A stretch of DNA of 64,000 bases, from NCBI GenBank assembly GCA_050575255.1, contig JBNZDD010013567.1:466842-530841 (forward strand), in the 5' to 3' direction. Below the pieces are notes generated by a model. That model did no database searches and was not told where the DNA came from. It saw nothing but the letters and a program-made list of their open reading frames with translations. Positions 48,685 through 60,540 of the stretch are shown here, piece after piece. The DNA comes from Harriotta raleighana (Eukaryota). Made by a program: the position numbers and the translations under genes. Every line of letters begins with the position of its first letter. The first letter of the stretch is position 1.

Positions 48685-50189
48685 TATTCAAGCATCCAGC
48701 AAAAGCTTTATGTTTGGTTTGTTGCTCATATTTTGGGTCCACAGTTCCTCAGTCACAAACTTGTACAAAAGGGGTATCACCACACTACATTTTTTTTAAA
48801 TGCTTCAGATTTAAACCTAACTGAATCACTTGTTCATAAGGCACTAGGTGCGAGGAACTCCTCAAATCATTAATTGTAACAGCTTTGACGATGTGTGTTA
48901 ACACCTTATATTTTGCCCCGTTTAGTTCAACATTCTAATGTTGACGAACATCCGGTTTGCTTAAAGTATATTTTTTGCAGCTGTTTCTATGAGAAGAAGT
49001 ACAGTACAGTACAACTGGCATTCATCAGTTCAAAGTAAAGGTGAATTGCAAGGTAGTTACAGTATTTCACCACAAACCATTAATTCTGTTCATTTCTACC
49101 TGCAGTATTCATGTGCATTGCATTCATATCGTAATTCTTGCTCACCGGGAGGAGAAATTCTGGGTTGGCTTTACTGCTGAACTTTACTGTTCCAAGTGAA
49201 ACCAGATGCTCTGATCAGATAGGCAGGAGTTTTTTTTTGGCGAGTTTGCCTTTAGAGCTACAAGTGCCAGGTGGAAGTCTATAAAACTGAGAGCAGAGTC
49301 TGTACCTCAGCACTCCTTTCCTTTTGGCTTGGACACTCCCAACTGCTGTGAAGTGCACTTTTTATATTCTGCAATAACTGTAGGGGATTAAAATTAATGA
49401 AGTGACCCGGTACACTTATTTATGAGAATGTATTTTTTTTAAAAGTTATAAAAATGATTTACACAGATGAATTGTATGACCTACCCCCCTTGAGATGGGG
49501 CTAATGAGCTCTTAGAATTCCCAACAGAGGGACAAGGGATGGAAACAAAATGTTGAGCGGACCTTATTATAAATTATAACCCAAGTCCCTTATCCACATC
49601 AGCATTGAACTTGTGTGTGTTTGTTTCTCACTGTATCACTGTGCTTGAAGTTTAAGGAGATAAGAGTATTGTCTTTTATATTGATCTGCATAGGACTAGT
49701 ACCTGAAAGGGTTAATCTCTGGGTCCTGGTTCCCCATTTGTAACCAGAAAGATACAGGATCCACCTCATTTCAAACAACAGTAAGTGTTGTTTTGTAAAT
49801 GATCTCAAATGCTGCTGCGATAAAGGAAAAGCAAATAAAAGCAGCATGAAGAGAGTGAATCTTGTAGCAGCAGGAAGATATATGTTGTTAAAAGCAACCA
49901 AGTGATGTAGATAAATGTCTCTGATAAATCTCAAAGTTTACTTAAGTAGGCCCTTTGGGTAGATCAAAATCTGATAGATCTGATGGTAGCATGTGAGCTG
50001 TGATTTCATAACTGATGTTTTCATTTCCATGTACAATTCCCAGCGATTGAAAATATGTAATAATTGTTATTAAAAAAATTAAGATTATTTGTTTTTGTTT
50101 AAAACTTTCTTTAACACTTTCTTTAACACTGCAAAATGTTATCGCAAGGAAACAAAAGCTAAACAAAAAGGAAATATTTTGAAAAGAAA

Positions 50190-50700
50190 ATGAAATTGAA
50201 AAATATGTTAACCTTGCTTCATGAAATTTATTATTATTATTACTGTTGGAAGCCTGAAAAATACTCAATTGCTGTTGAAATTTTTAATTCTTCTTCCATA
50301 TTTTAGAAACTGTGTTGAATATTTTGCCACCACACGTTTTAAGCAAACTTTGTGATTAGAAGTGTTTAGCGATCCCTTTTCTGAATAAAGTTCCAACTGC
50401 CTGAGCCACTCCAAGCTTCATCTCTGATTTAATGCAACCAACCTTTTTGTTTGGTCCGAGTAACATTTCTCTTGCAAAAACTCCTGTTTTATTTCGATTG
50501 AGGCAAACCTTCGAGAAATCTCTCTGTGGACACAAACAGACTTTGAATAAGATGATTGTATGGGGAGGTTCTTGTAGCAGTGGTGCGAGGAATGGCAGAT
50601 TTGGCTCTGACATGTACTTTAGAAAGTTGGGATGTCTGCCACCCTGTCTGTGAGCTTATTGACGTCTGGCTTTCACATACAGATAGATCCCAATGGCAGT
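50190..50700 (-). mobile_element. decayed Penelope-like element (GIY-YIG endonuclease region)
   Basis: Minus-strand peptides HVRAK, TSPYNH..KVC, GCIK, GIAKHF, VVAK(Y)FN and KFHEARLTY follow the order of Penelope LVRAK..G..PC..C..C, YCI.C, R..EH, PVA.HFN, RK..E..LI. Confidence 0.4.
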
Positions 50701-51564
50701 CAATTGTGTTCCAGACTCATTGGTGAAACTGGATTTTCTTACTGGCAGTTGCGATGCTGTTGAGTTTGAGTTTCCCCCTAAAGCCATGTATGCTGAGATT
50801 AGAGAGAGTTTCCAGTGGTGTTTATTTAAGAGGCTTCTCAATGTTTAGCTATGGTCACTATTTATGAGGGGATAAGAGAAAGTACTAGCTGACCTTATTT
50901 ATTTCTCCCCCGCCTCGTATTTTCCTACAAATTTGAAACAGATAAAAAGACTTCTCTCTTCTCTTCATAGAAAGTAGAGAGACGTGTCAACCCAAACATA
51001 AATATGCTTATGAGGGACTATTCATTAAAGACGTGGGCAGATTGCAGTGCTGGGTAGGTGTTCATTTACCGAATAAAATATGAGCCCATTGCTCCAGGAA
51101 AATAATACTTTTGACTGCTTGTGTTGAAAGTGCTATAGTAAATACTTTGCCAGGACACATTTTAAACAAGCTTAATGATTAGAAGCATATTTTGTGCTGG
51201 AAAGCCAACCTTTAAAGACGCATTCTGCAGCCAAATTATTTTAAACATAAATAACCTTAATTTTTACACTGACATTTACTACTGGTGCTCTCTCCTTTTT
51301 AACTAAATAATGTTCTAATATCCTCTCTAAAAAAAATCTACTGAGAAGATATCAATGATTTTACCAGAGGATTTTGTCTAAGTCAAGACTTGCTAGCCAC
51401 ACATATACCCTGGACATTCACAACAAATTTTTTGCTCCGTGATAAAATAGGAGAAATATCTGACCATGACCCAGAATAAGCTGATGAGATATTTCTGCTC
51501 TGTTCCCTGCACACAAGGCAACAAATATGACTGATCAGGAGTGGATGTCCATTCAGGAATAAAC

Positions 51565-51698
51565 ATTAGCCAATCTGCAACTTTTCGACCACAAAATATG
51601 CAGTTAATTTTTAATTTACAGTATATTCTGTGAAGCGCTTTGAGACATCTCGAAGAAGTGATAAGCCACTATACCAAATGCAAGGATTATTATTATTA
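51565..51698 (+). mobile_element. Deu-SINE 3' tail followed by (CA)/(CATA) microsatellite
   Basis: cagtatattctgtgaagcgctttgagacatctcgaagaagtgataagccactataccaaatgcaaggattattattatt. Confidence 0.82.
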
Positions 51699-52959
51699 CA
51701 TACTCACACGCACACACACATACATGCATACATACATACATATCCTGTCTGACAGTCAGGAATCTGAATATTGTAACATATAGTGAAGCATGCACCTATA
51801 GAATTCACAGTCACTACACTTCGCAGTAAATCCTGTAATGTGCTTTAGAGACATTCTCTTGACTTGCTTCACATTTTAATAGAATCAGAGGGATCCAAAA
51901 CTCATTTCTTATGTCGCTTGCTCAACGGTAATGATTCCATATAGGGGATATTTTGTTTTACCAAAAGCATATTCCCATTAACAAGTTTCTATTATATTTT
52001 TCCTTGGCAATGTGTCAATATTATTGGTGAGATTGGTTTATGCAGATGAGACACTCTTCTACTCTGCAAGTTTCACCATAAATGTCTATACAAATCTCAT
52101 GACAAACAAGTGTTAGTATTCCGTAGAATCGTAGGAACACACATGCAAGTTATTATTGATTGCATTTAACAGTAGGTTGTTTATACCCTTTTTAGCCCAC
52201 AGAGATCATGTTGTAAGATAAATGAAATGGTGTTGCTTTTTCCTGACGTTGTTCATGTCATCTCCTGGTGGTTCTTCCTTCAAACTTTGGAGGCAGCACC
52301 TAAACAGTACAGCAAGCCTCCTGACTTCCAACATTTCTGTTCAAGGCAGCCTGGGATTGGGAAAGGTCTTCATCCAGAAACTAAGTCACAAGACACAAAT
52401 GCCCAAACCTGAGTTATTTCTAAGTTTCCACCACTGCTTAGAATTTCTCCCTGTAAAGTAAGTGGGGACTTGTTAATATTACAGTCACTTGCAGCCTTAC
52501 AGTGGGAGCTGAGTTCATGACCTAGTGTGAGACTGTGGGTCAGTTACAGGGGCGGAGGGGAGAAATGCCACACTGGGGAAGAATTCTGGGGGAAAAAAAA
52601 GGGATCCAAAATGGTTAGGCTTATGACCATTACTTTTCAAATTTAAGATCTTGCTAAAATTTTAGAAAATTCTGTAACAAAAACCATCTCAATTTTTAAA
52701 AATTTATTTATACGCACACCTGCAAGCTGTTATTGGAGACGACAATCTGTTAGTGGGTTATTTAAATGTGTCGAGGCGATGTGAAAAGAGCAGAGGTGTT
52801 AATTCATGACTATTATTTATTTTACCAATAAATACATGGTTTTATTTGAACCACATTGAAATTGGGCAAAGTTTGCTTTATTCATGATAGGATTCTCTGG
52901 TGACATTTTTTCTGTGAAACACCAATGCTGAGTTAATTACAACCATTGCCAGCTGCACA

Positions 52960-53210
52960 GTGGCCTTGAGCTCATAGTCTGGGACTTCAGGTCGGTAAGC
53001 GGGAATGCAGTATTGGAAAAGAGATGAAAGCTACCCACAGTGTCTTAGCCAACAATCCTTTCTATTAATCGGTCATTGGCGGGAAGTGGGACCTTGTTGA
53101 TTGAGAAAATTGGCTGACACGTTTGTCTCCAAAAGCAATTACAGTCCTACACTCGACCATGGCTTTCAGTGAAGTATTTTGAGGAATTTTGACCCAATGA
53201 TAAAAGTTAT
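52960..53210 (+). mobile_element. very old DeuSINE (AmnSINE1/SacSINE1-like) fragment
   Basis: gtgtcttagccaacaatcc...gtgggaccttgttg...aaattggctgacacgttt resembles the Deu domain. Confidence 0.45.
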
Positions 53211-53380
53211 TTCTAGTCTAACGATAGACGTAGCATCATAGAGCTACTTATTGTGCGGATGAAAAGAAATCATCCCCCAAAGCATTTTCATCCCTCAAGG
53301 GACTGATGGCTTCCCTTTTGCTTCCACAGGCTGTCAGCTCCAATAGAGTTTAAAATCCCAAAATCAGTTTTGATCTATAC

Positions 53381-53704
53381 AGTCCTGTAGCTCAGTGGTT
53401 AGAGCACTTGCCTTACAAGCGTGAGACCTTTGTTCGAATCCAGGCAGGTCAAGGCGAGACCTTGGACAAGTTTCCTCACTCTACAAGCCTGATAATGATC
53501 CCTCCAAAAAAAAACTATAATTAATTGGTCATTTCAATCCAAGCTGTTTGTGGGATACTGCTGTGCGCAATTGGCTGCCACGTTTCACCCACAATTACAT
53601 AGTCAATTCATTTTACAGTATATTCTGTGAAGCTCTTTGAGATGTCTAAAAGACGTGAAAAGTGCTATATCATATGCAAGGATTATTATTAATTATTATT
53701 ATTA
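53381..53704 (+). mobile_element. tRNA-derived Deu-SINE, full length
   Basis: agtcctgtagctcagtggttagagcacttgccttacaagcg...gttcgaatcc, Deu core and (ATT)n. Confidence 0.92.
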
Positions 53705-54937
53705 TCCACATTGATAAGATATTACATTCTGTCAAATCCAACACAAGCAAAACACTGAATCGGTACATTTGGAATCATAAGTTACTTGGGAAGGTAATGT
53801 AAGTATAGACGGTGGCGTATCGCTTTCCTCACTGCCTATGTTGAAGTCCTCCATGAAGAGTAGCCTCAGCCATTTCTCAGATTTGAGTGCTGCTAGTTTG
53901 GTGATAGTAGAGTTAATAAGTGCACAGTCAATTGAAACAAAATGGGTGCATTTGTTTGAATTATCATGGTTTGAATTCAAATGTTGTATCCCTCAATGTT
54001 CAACATTGTTTGTTCAAATATAAATATTAGACATCTGGATGTTATTTTAGGTCTAATTATTAATGAATAAAGACAACAATATTTAATTTGGCCTACAGTT
54101 GTATAACTAAGTTGCTGAGGTGATAGATAACCAGGCAGGACATGGGTAACAGTGTTATTTAGATGTTATTAGTCACTCCCAGTGATCTGAAGGGAAGTGT
54201 TTACTCTCGTGATTTTCTAAAAATAACATGTTTTAAGCTTCATTTGGGTGAAAGTCAAGAGGTTCTGACAGACTGTACCATGGAACGTGGCTGCAGATTA
54301 AGTGAAATCTTCTGCTAATGATCAGCGCAGAAAGCAAATTTGTTCTGTTTATTTTAGCTAAAATATTTGTCCAGTGATTTGGTGCTGCAACATGCTAACT
54401 GGCTGAAATTTACCTACTACGGTACATAGCTTGGGAAGTGTTTGACTGAGCGCATTCACTTTTTCAACATCTTATCTAGATTTGGAAACATTTTAAGGTG
54501 AACAAGTCTGGCAGTGCACTGTGTCTTCAGGTCTTGTTCAGTAACCTAGGTTTGAACCTGCCTGATTCAGTGAAAGCCCTCGGAGGTTTACAGAGCTGCT
54601 GAAAAGCAGTGTACTTTGACCTGTGCCCCACCTTCACTGGAGTACACTGTACAAATGTCATACTCCAGGGCCAAAAGGTGTCTCTTAAAACCAGAAATCA
54701 ATTTGAGTTGAATTAGTGCTGAACAGTGGGCACTTCTTTCACGCTGAAAACACAAAGCCTCACAGGATACCAGGAGCAGAGCAAGTCAGAGTATGCAAAG
54801 TCAGATCAATCATTGATTTCTTTGGAGATCTTTTCCCTCCCTTGGTCATCATGGACAGGGTTTCATATACAGTATTTGAACAGACCTCAGAAAATGACTG
54901 GGGAGAACATTCCCTTTGATTCTGATTCATATTACGT

Positions 54938-55249
54938 GGATCCCTGTAGCTCAGTGGTTAGAGCATTCGCCTTGCAAGCGAGAAATCTGGGTTCAATTCC
55001 AGGCAGGGCGAAACCTTAGGCAAGATTCCTTACTCCACACGCCTGATAATAATCCCTCGAAAAAGAAACAATAATTTATTGGTTATTTCAATCCAGGGAC
55101 TGTTTGAGGGACTCTGCTTTGCACAACTGGCTGCTGTGTTTTTCCCACAAATATACAGTCAATTCACTTTACAGTATATTCTGGGAAGCAATTTGGGACG
55201 TCTAGAAGATCAAAGCACTGTACCAAATGCATCATTATTATTGTTATTA
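54938..55249 (+). mobile_element. tRNA-derived Deu-SINE, full length
   Basis: ggatccctgtagctcagtggttagagcattcgccttgcaagcgagaaatctgggttcaattcc has an intact anticodon-like stem around CTTGCAA; Deu core and tail follow. Confidence 0.92.
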
Positions 55250-55629
55250 TGCAAACCCCACCAATCCCGATTCACCAGAATAATAGCAAGATGTCTCCTC
55301 ACTGTCTCTAAACATACGGTTGCATTTGGTAAAAGGAATCCAGAGGTGCTTTCTTGATCTCTGTAAAGTCCTCACCTATCAAAGAGGCACTCTGGCTATC
55401 TGCTTTCAAATCAATGTCTAGCGTGCTGTTTGATGTACTTAATCCAGTCATGGAACAATTGACAGGCTGGCAAAGAAACATGTTCAAGCTGCAGTGTTCC
55501 TTTTAAACTTAGTTTTCTCGGAGTGTATTTGGAAATAATCAGTGAGTAGTCAAATATTTTCTTAGAACAAAATCCATTGATATAATGACATTAAAATGTC
55601 AATGACTGCTGTATATTGGAGCGTATAAA

Positions 55630-55780
55630 AAAATTACAGATTATACAGGATCTACAGCATCAAAAGACCATATTCAGGCCAACCATATTCTACCTATCCT
55701 AGCCCCTCCGCCTCACTCACCTGCCCTATGCCCTTCAGTTCCCTAATCCCTCAGGTATGCATTTGTTTCCTCTTAAATTA
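55630..55780 (-). mobile_element. CR1-type LINE 3' end remnant
   Basis: aattacagattatacaggatctacagc...gaccatattcaggccaacc...gccctatgcccttcagttccc resembles a reversed shark CR1 3' UTR as recalled. Confidence 0.45.
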
Positions 55781-56099
55781 GTTAATTGATTTAATTAGCA
55801 TCTATTTAGAGCAAATTCCCTCTATTAAATCATGTTATTCAGAAGATTAAAAACATTGGACATCAAAACTTTTCATTTTATGGCCAAAAATGATGCTGCT
55901 CTCTTTCCTTTCATATGTGCTGTTTAGCTCAGCCAAAAAAAAACCCACTACTGTTTATTATTTAATATATTAGGTGAGATTTATCCTAGCATAAGAAAGT
56001 GGCAAGTTATATTGAAGAAATTGGATGTTGAACCACTTTGTTTGAGTAATGTTTAGAATCCGAGTGAAATGTCTCCAATCTGATTTCAACTGCTGAAAT

Positions 56100-56426
56100 A
56101 TCCCCTTCTACCTCTTCCCCCTCTCCTACTCTCCTTCCCCTTCCCCCTACCCCGACCCTACCCCACCCCCCTGCTCAGGTCCTCACCTGATTGTTCAGCG
56201 CCTTGGGACATCCTCCCGACGTGAAAGGCACTCTATAAATGTAATTTTGTTGTTATTGTTGTTGTATTCTCCTATTTGAAACACAGAGCTGATTCTGTTG
56301 TGTTCTAAAACCATAAATTACCCAATTTATTCTCAGTATAGAATCTGAAGCTGGTGCAAACAGTGGACTCATGAGACGTCCTCCCGACGTGAAAGACGCT
56401 CTACAAATGTAACTTGTTGATGTTGT
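56100..56426 (+). mobile_element. L2 3' UTR/tail followed by a second L2 tail
   Basis: C-rich UTR, cagcgccttgggacatcctcccgacgtgaaaggcactctataaatgtaattttgttgtt (~56196-56263) and gacgtcctcccgacgtgaaagacgctc (~56375-56426). Confidence 0.82.
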
Positions 56427-59214
56427 GTAACTTTTGGGCTTTGGGGAAAAAAGCCCCCACTGGATTCCAATGCTTCTGCATAAATACCTTTCAGTCACCT
56501 TGGTACAGAAAGTCACTTTGCAATCCTTTTGTTCACCCAATGCGTGTGATTGTTAATTGAGTTTAGGTTTTTCCACAGAGCAAGGGAACAGGTTTTGGAG
56601 GTGTTTACATTATTTGTTGATTACCCGTCTTTCCAGGTTTGGAACTAGGTTTGGAACAATTAACAATAAAAAGCACGTCTATTTATAGTGCTTCATCGTT
56701 GGTGAATAAGGCACTTCACTAGAAATGTATTTACTGATATCTATAAATGACAATAAATCACAACTGAAGGTGTTTGTAACTGACCTTGTTTATAAAGAAT
56801 ACTTGTTTATAAAGAATGCTTTCCTTACTAATTCCATATATGATAAAGTACCAGTTTTTAGTCAGCTTTTAAAGCTGCAAACAGTCAGTTGTGTCATTTA
56901 TTTGCTGTTGACCTTTTACTGACCTCCCAAGTGCAGAAAGTATTGATGTGAAACGTTCTGTTTTCCTCAGCACTGAGGAGAAAGAAGGTTTATGCGAGTG
57001 TTTACTTCACTCAACCTCATCAAAGTATATCATGAGTTTGCATCATAAGTTGCTATAAATGGCGACTGAATTTGCTCCTGGAGGAAATCTGAACTGGGAG
57101 GGTTAGAGATTGCATTGTGCTCACTCCTCCATGTTCCATTCAAAATTCTGGCAGTGTAACGGCTTATAAAATTTCAAGAGATCTTCTTTTAATGTTATTA
57201 ATGAGCCAACTCTTAAATTAAATTGTTTCAATGCTTCATGTTGGTGCTCTGGGTGTTGAAGGATGTGTTCTTGTTGGAAGATATTTTATGAAGTTGCTGA
57301 GGGATCAGTGCTCCCTTTGATCAGCCCTGCAGTTTTAATCCTTGTCTTTGCTCAAGTCACTGTTGAATTATGATCAAGTTGGATCGCAGTCTGAAGTAAA
57401 CCTCTCCCACTATACCATTTATTTGTGCATATGCTGAGCCCTGTATGGAACAATGTTATTCTATAGAAGGGACAATGCTATTCATGATAGGGGTAGCATA
57501 TTAAATATAGATACTTTGCTGGGTTTTGCAAGATGTACAGCGTTTTACAGTGATGTTCAGCAATGCCGGAGGTGGTAGTGATCACCTTTAGTGAATGATC
57601 TTTAGTGAATGAATGGTTGCAGGTTTCAATCCCAGTCTGATATGGGTTTGATGGTCTCAACTGGTGGAACGCTATCAGGGCTTTGTGATCGGCTCCTCAC
57701 ACCTCAATCACGCAGGAATACTGCTCCTGAACACGATCCAAAGACTCTTGCTATCCGTTGCTGCGCATTTACATGACATGAATGGATAGGATTGTAGTTC
57801 CCACCCCACATCCCGATACTGTTTTGGCCACAGTTATACTGCAATACTAATGTTGCTACAAATCTCAACCCTCTTCACAGTGACATAAATATGCAGACGA
57901 CCATCCATAATACTTAGTATGCCTTTCCTCTTACCGAGCTATTTTTTTGTGCGTGTGTGTGGGTGGAAGGGAGTACACTAACTGTTTTGCTTTAATATTT
58001 AAGTGAAATATTCAGAACAGATGAAAATGGGATAACATTGTTGACCACAGTAACATCCTCAAGAAATATGGGTATTTAATTATCTGTTAACCAGTAATTT
58101 AATATAAAGCAGTCAATCTAATTATCAAAGTACTATGCAGAATTGCTAGTAAGCATTGTCAATGTTTCTGAAGTGAATAAGGGAATGTGGGAACCCTGCC
58201 TAATTTCGAGCTCTTGCTTAACTGAATGAACCCTCACAGCTGTGTCATCAGGGATGCACACAGTAGTGACAGCCTAAAATTTATGAATTGAGAATCCCAC
58301 ATTTTGAGTAACTGTGTGGAGATGAGACACACTGACTGGTGGCCTCTGGGCTCAGGCTGAAAGAAGAGCAGTCAGTTGAGAGAGCAGAAGCTCAGTGTGG
58401 TTTGTTAGCCTTCAGTCTGCTGTGGTCAGAGGTAAGGGAAATGTCTGCGGTTAATGGGTTTGGTTAATCTGTAGGAATTTGGCTGTGTAGTAGCTGTAGT
58501 CTGGGATATTGTGGTCAGTTTGTGAAAAAAAAAGCCTATTATGCAATCTTCTGCTTTCTGCTCTGATTATGTGTACTCTTTATGCAAAGCAAGCCTTAAC
58601 TGTTAACTGTTTATGAGGTTATCTTTCCTCAACAGACATATTTTGTAGTCACTTTTTAAAAATATGGGAGTGTGGAGGGAAAAATTTGTACAACCACTGT
58701 CTCCTAATTCAAATTATTTAGATGCATTGTATTGTTTGTATTTCACCAACTTTCTTTTGTAAGGCCTTGGGCACATCTCAGCATAAACAGCATCATAATT
58801 ATGCTATATGCGGTAGGATTTAATAAAAATGTTGTTGCTTATTAATTAAAAGATAGAATATATAAGGAAATTGGGGGGTGGGGGAGAGAGGGGGGGAGAG
58901 ATGAGAATTATATTGTAATCATTGCAAGATATTGGTCAGAAAGGTCTCTGGTCATTTCAACATGACAATCTGACAAGCATTGTGAATAGTAATCCACTTA
59001 ATGCCTGCATATTGGGTTTATATCAGAAAATTGTGCATTCGTTTTTGTGTTCATCTGCAAAGGATGCATTGCTTCACTGCACAAACATTAGATTATTGAT
59101 TCAGACATACAGTACAGTATTGAGTAGTTTGGATAAAAAATACACATTCTAATAATCTATTGTTTTGTAAAGAAATGTCTGCACATCATCGATTGATTCA
59201 TTCCTATGTTTAGC

Positions 59215-59258
59215 ATGCATATATGTGTAGCATGTGCGTGTATATATATATATATATG
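59215..59258. repeat. (TA)n / (TG)n microsatellite
   Basis: gtgcgtgtatatatatatatatatgc. Confidence 0.8.
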
Positions 59259-59739
59259 CAGTCTATCCATCAGTATTAGTCTATTTGTTACAACATTTTG
59301 TATATATTTCTCTGCAATTTCTAGATAGGTTGTAATGTGCTTCCTTTTGTACAGTGAGAAGGCTTATTATCAAGTCTTACCGTTCTTCCATTCCTTATTG
59401 AGCGAGGAGAATCTATATAGACATGGAAACCTAGCAGAAAGAGTTCCAGAAGAAATGCACCTAGAAGTGGATTGTTTGATGATGCAATCAGCAGCTCTAT
59501 ATTGTCTCCAGAGACATTAATAAAGGCTTTATTTCAAAGTTTAACTAAACAGAATATAGAGGCCTTTCTATCTGGGTCTCATGGCTTTTGAACGGCGAGT
59601 GACTGCAGTTGTGAGGCCACTGACTATGAAGTCGTGCAGTTCAACTCAGGTTGGCCAAGAAACAAAGCAACAAAATTGTGACCTTTTGGTATAATGTGCA
59701 GCAAACAGAAATAGACTGCAGTGAGAGCTTCTCAGTGAA

Positions 59740-60150
59740 TACAGTGAAATGGGGAGAAGAAAAGCTTAGGATAATGTCTTTAAATATTAGCTATATAAAA
59801 AAAAGCCATAAAACATCTCCCAACTATGAAATTCCTAATTTAAACAAATACTTCTTACCGAGACTGGTTTTATTGTGGCTCTTAAATATCGCCTCAGAAA
59901 GGAACCAAAGAGATGTAAAACCTCGGAGACCATTTTGAAGAGTTTCAGCTATGCAAGGCTATTTACCTCTTGTAAATAGGACACAGAGTTGACCCTATCA
60001 CATTCTTCTATTGCGGACTTCTTTTCAGATGAGCAAACAAGAGCTTGCGAGGTGTCACTGATGTCTTGGAGTTCTTGGACAGAAATGTGGAAAATCTCTC
60101 GTCATTTTTCAAATGATGTGGTTGATATTGAGCAAGTTAACTTCCTGTCC
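59740..60150 (+). mobile_element. highly decayed CR1-like RT N-terminal relic
   Basis: Frameshifted RDW...ISPQKGTK..N/RRP..VS/LCK, SDEQ, TDVLEF and VVDI..VNF are collinear with P.DW...V.P..KKG.K...NYRPISL.S..CK...SD.QHGF...TNLLEF...VDI.YLDF. Confidence 0.4.
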
Positions 60151-60182
60151 CATTGTTATCTGAGCAAGGAGATGCCCCAGTA

Positions 60183-60540
60183 ATACAACAACAACAACTT
60201 GCATTTATACAGCGCCCTTCACATGAGATAGCATCCTGGAGTGCTTAAATATTGTAAGTAGTAGTGAGACAAATATTCCAAATGACCTACTGTATTTGCT
60301 GTTTATTTGCTGTCCCTTTATACCTGTTATTCCTCCTCCCTTGTTCACCATCCATTACAAAGTGCTCCAAAAGTTATCCTACTTGAAGGATGCTATGGAA
60401 ATCCAAGTTGTTGTTTGTGAAGATGCTGCACTCCCAAATCACCTGCACCTTTTAATTTCACCCACAAAGTACATATATACTGTGAAGTGCTTGGAGACAT
60501 TTAAACAATGGCGCTACGTCAAATGCAAGGATTATTATTT
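60183..60540. mobile_element. cluster of three short L2/SINE tails
   Basis: Minus-strand tail at 60183-60246, plus (GTT) tail at ~60355-60416 and plus SINE (ATT) tail at ~60460-60539. Confidence 0.7.

Noticed and set aside
53732-54023. Overlapping ORFs with plausible composition
   Set aside because: No recognisable domain and no convincing flanking splice sites.
20380-55010. tRNA-Ala(TGC)/Val(TAC)-like genes at 20380, 48365, 53381, 54938 and minus-strand equivalents
   Set aside because: Each continues into a Deu domain and L2-like tail and has broken acceptor/T stems, so these are SINE heads, not tRNA genes.
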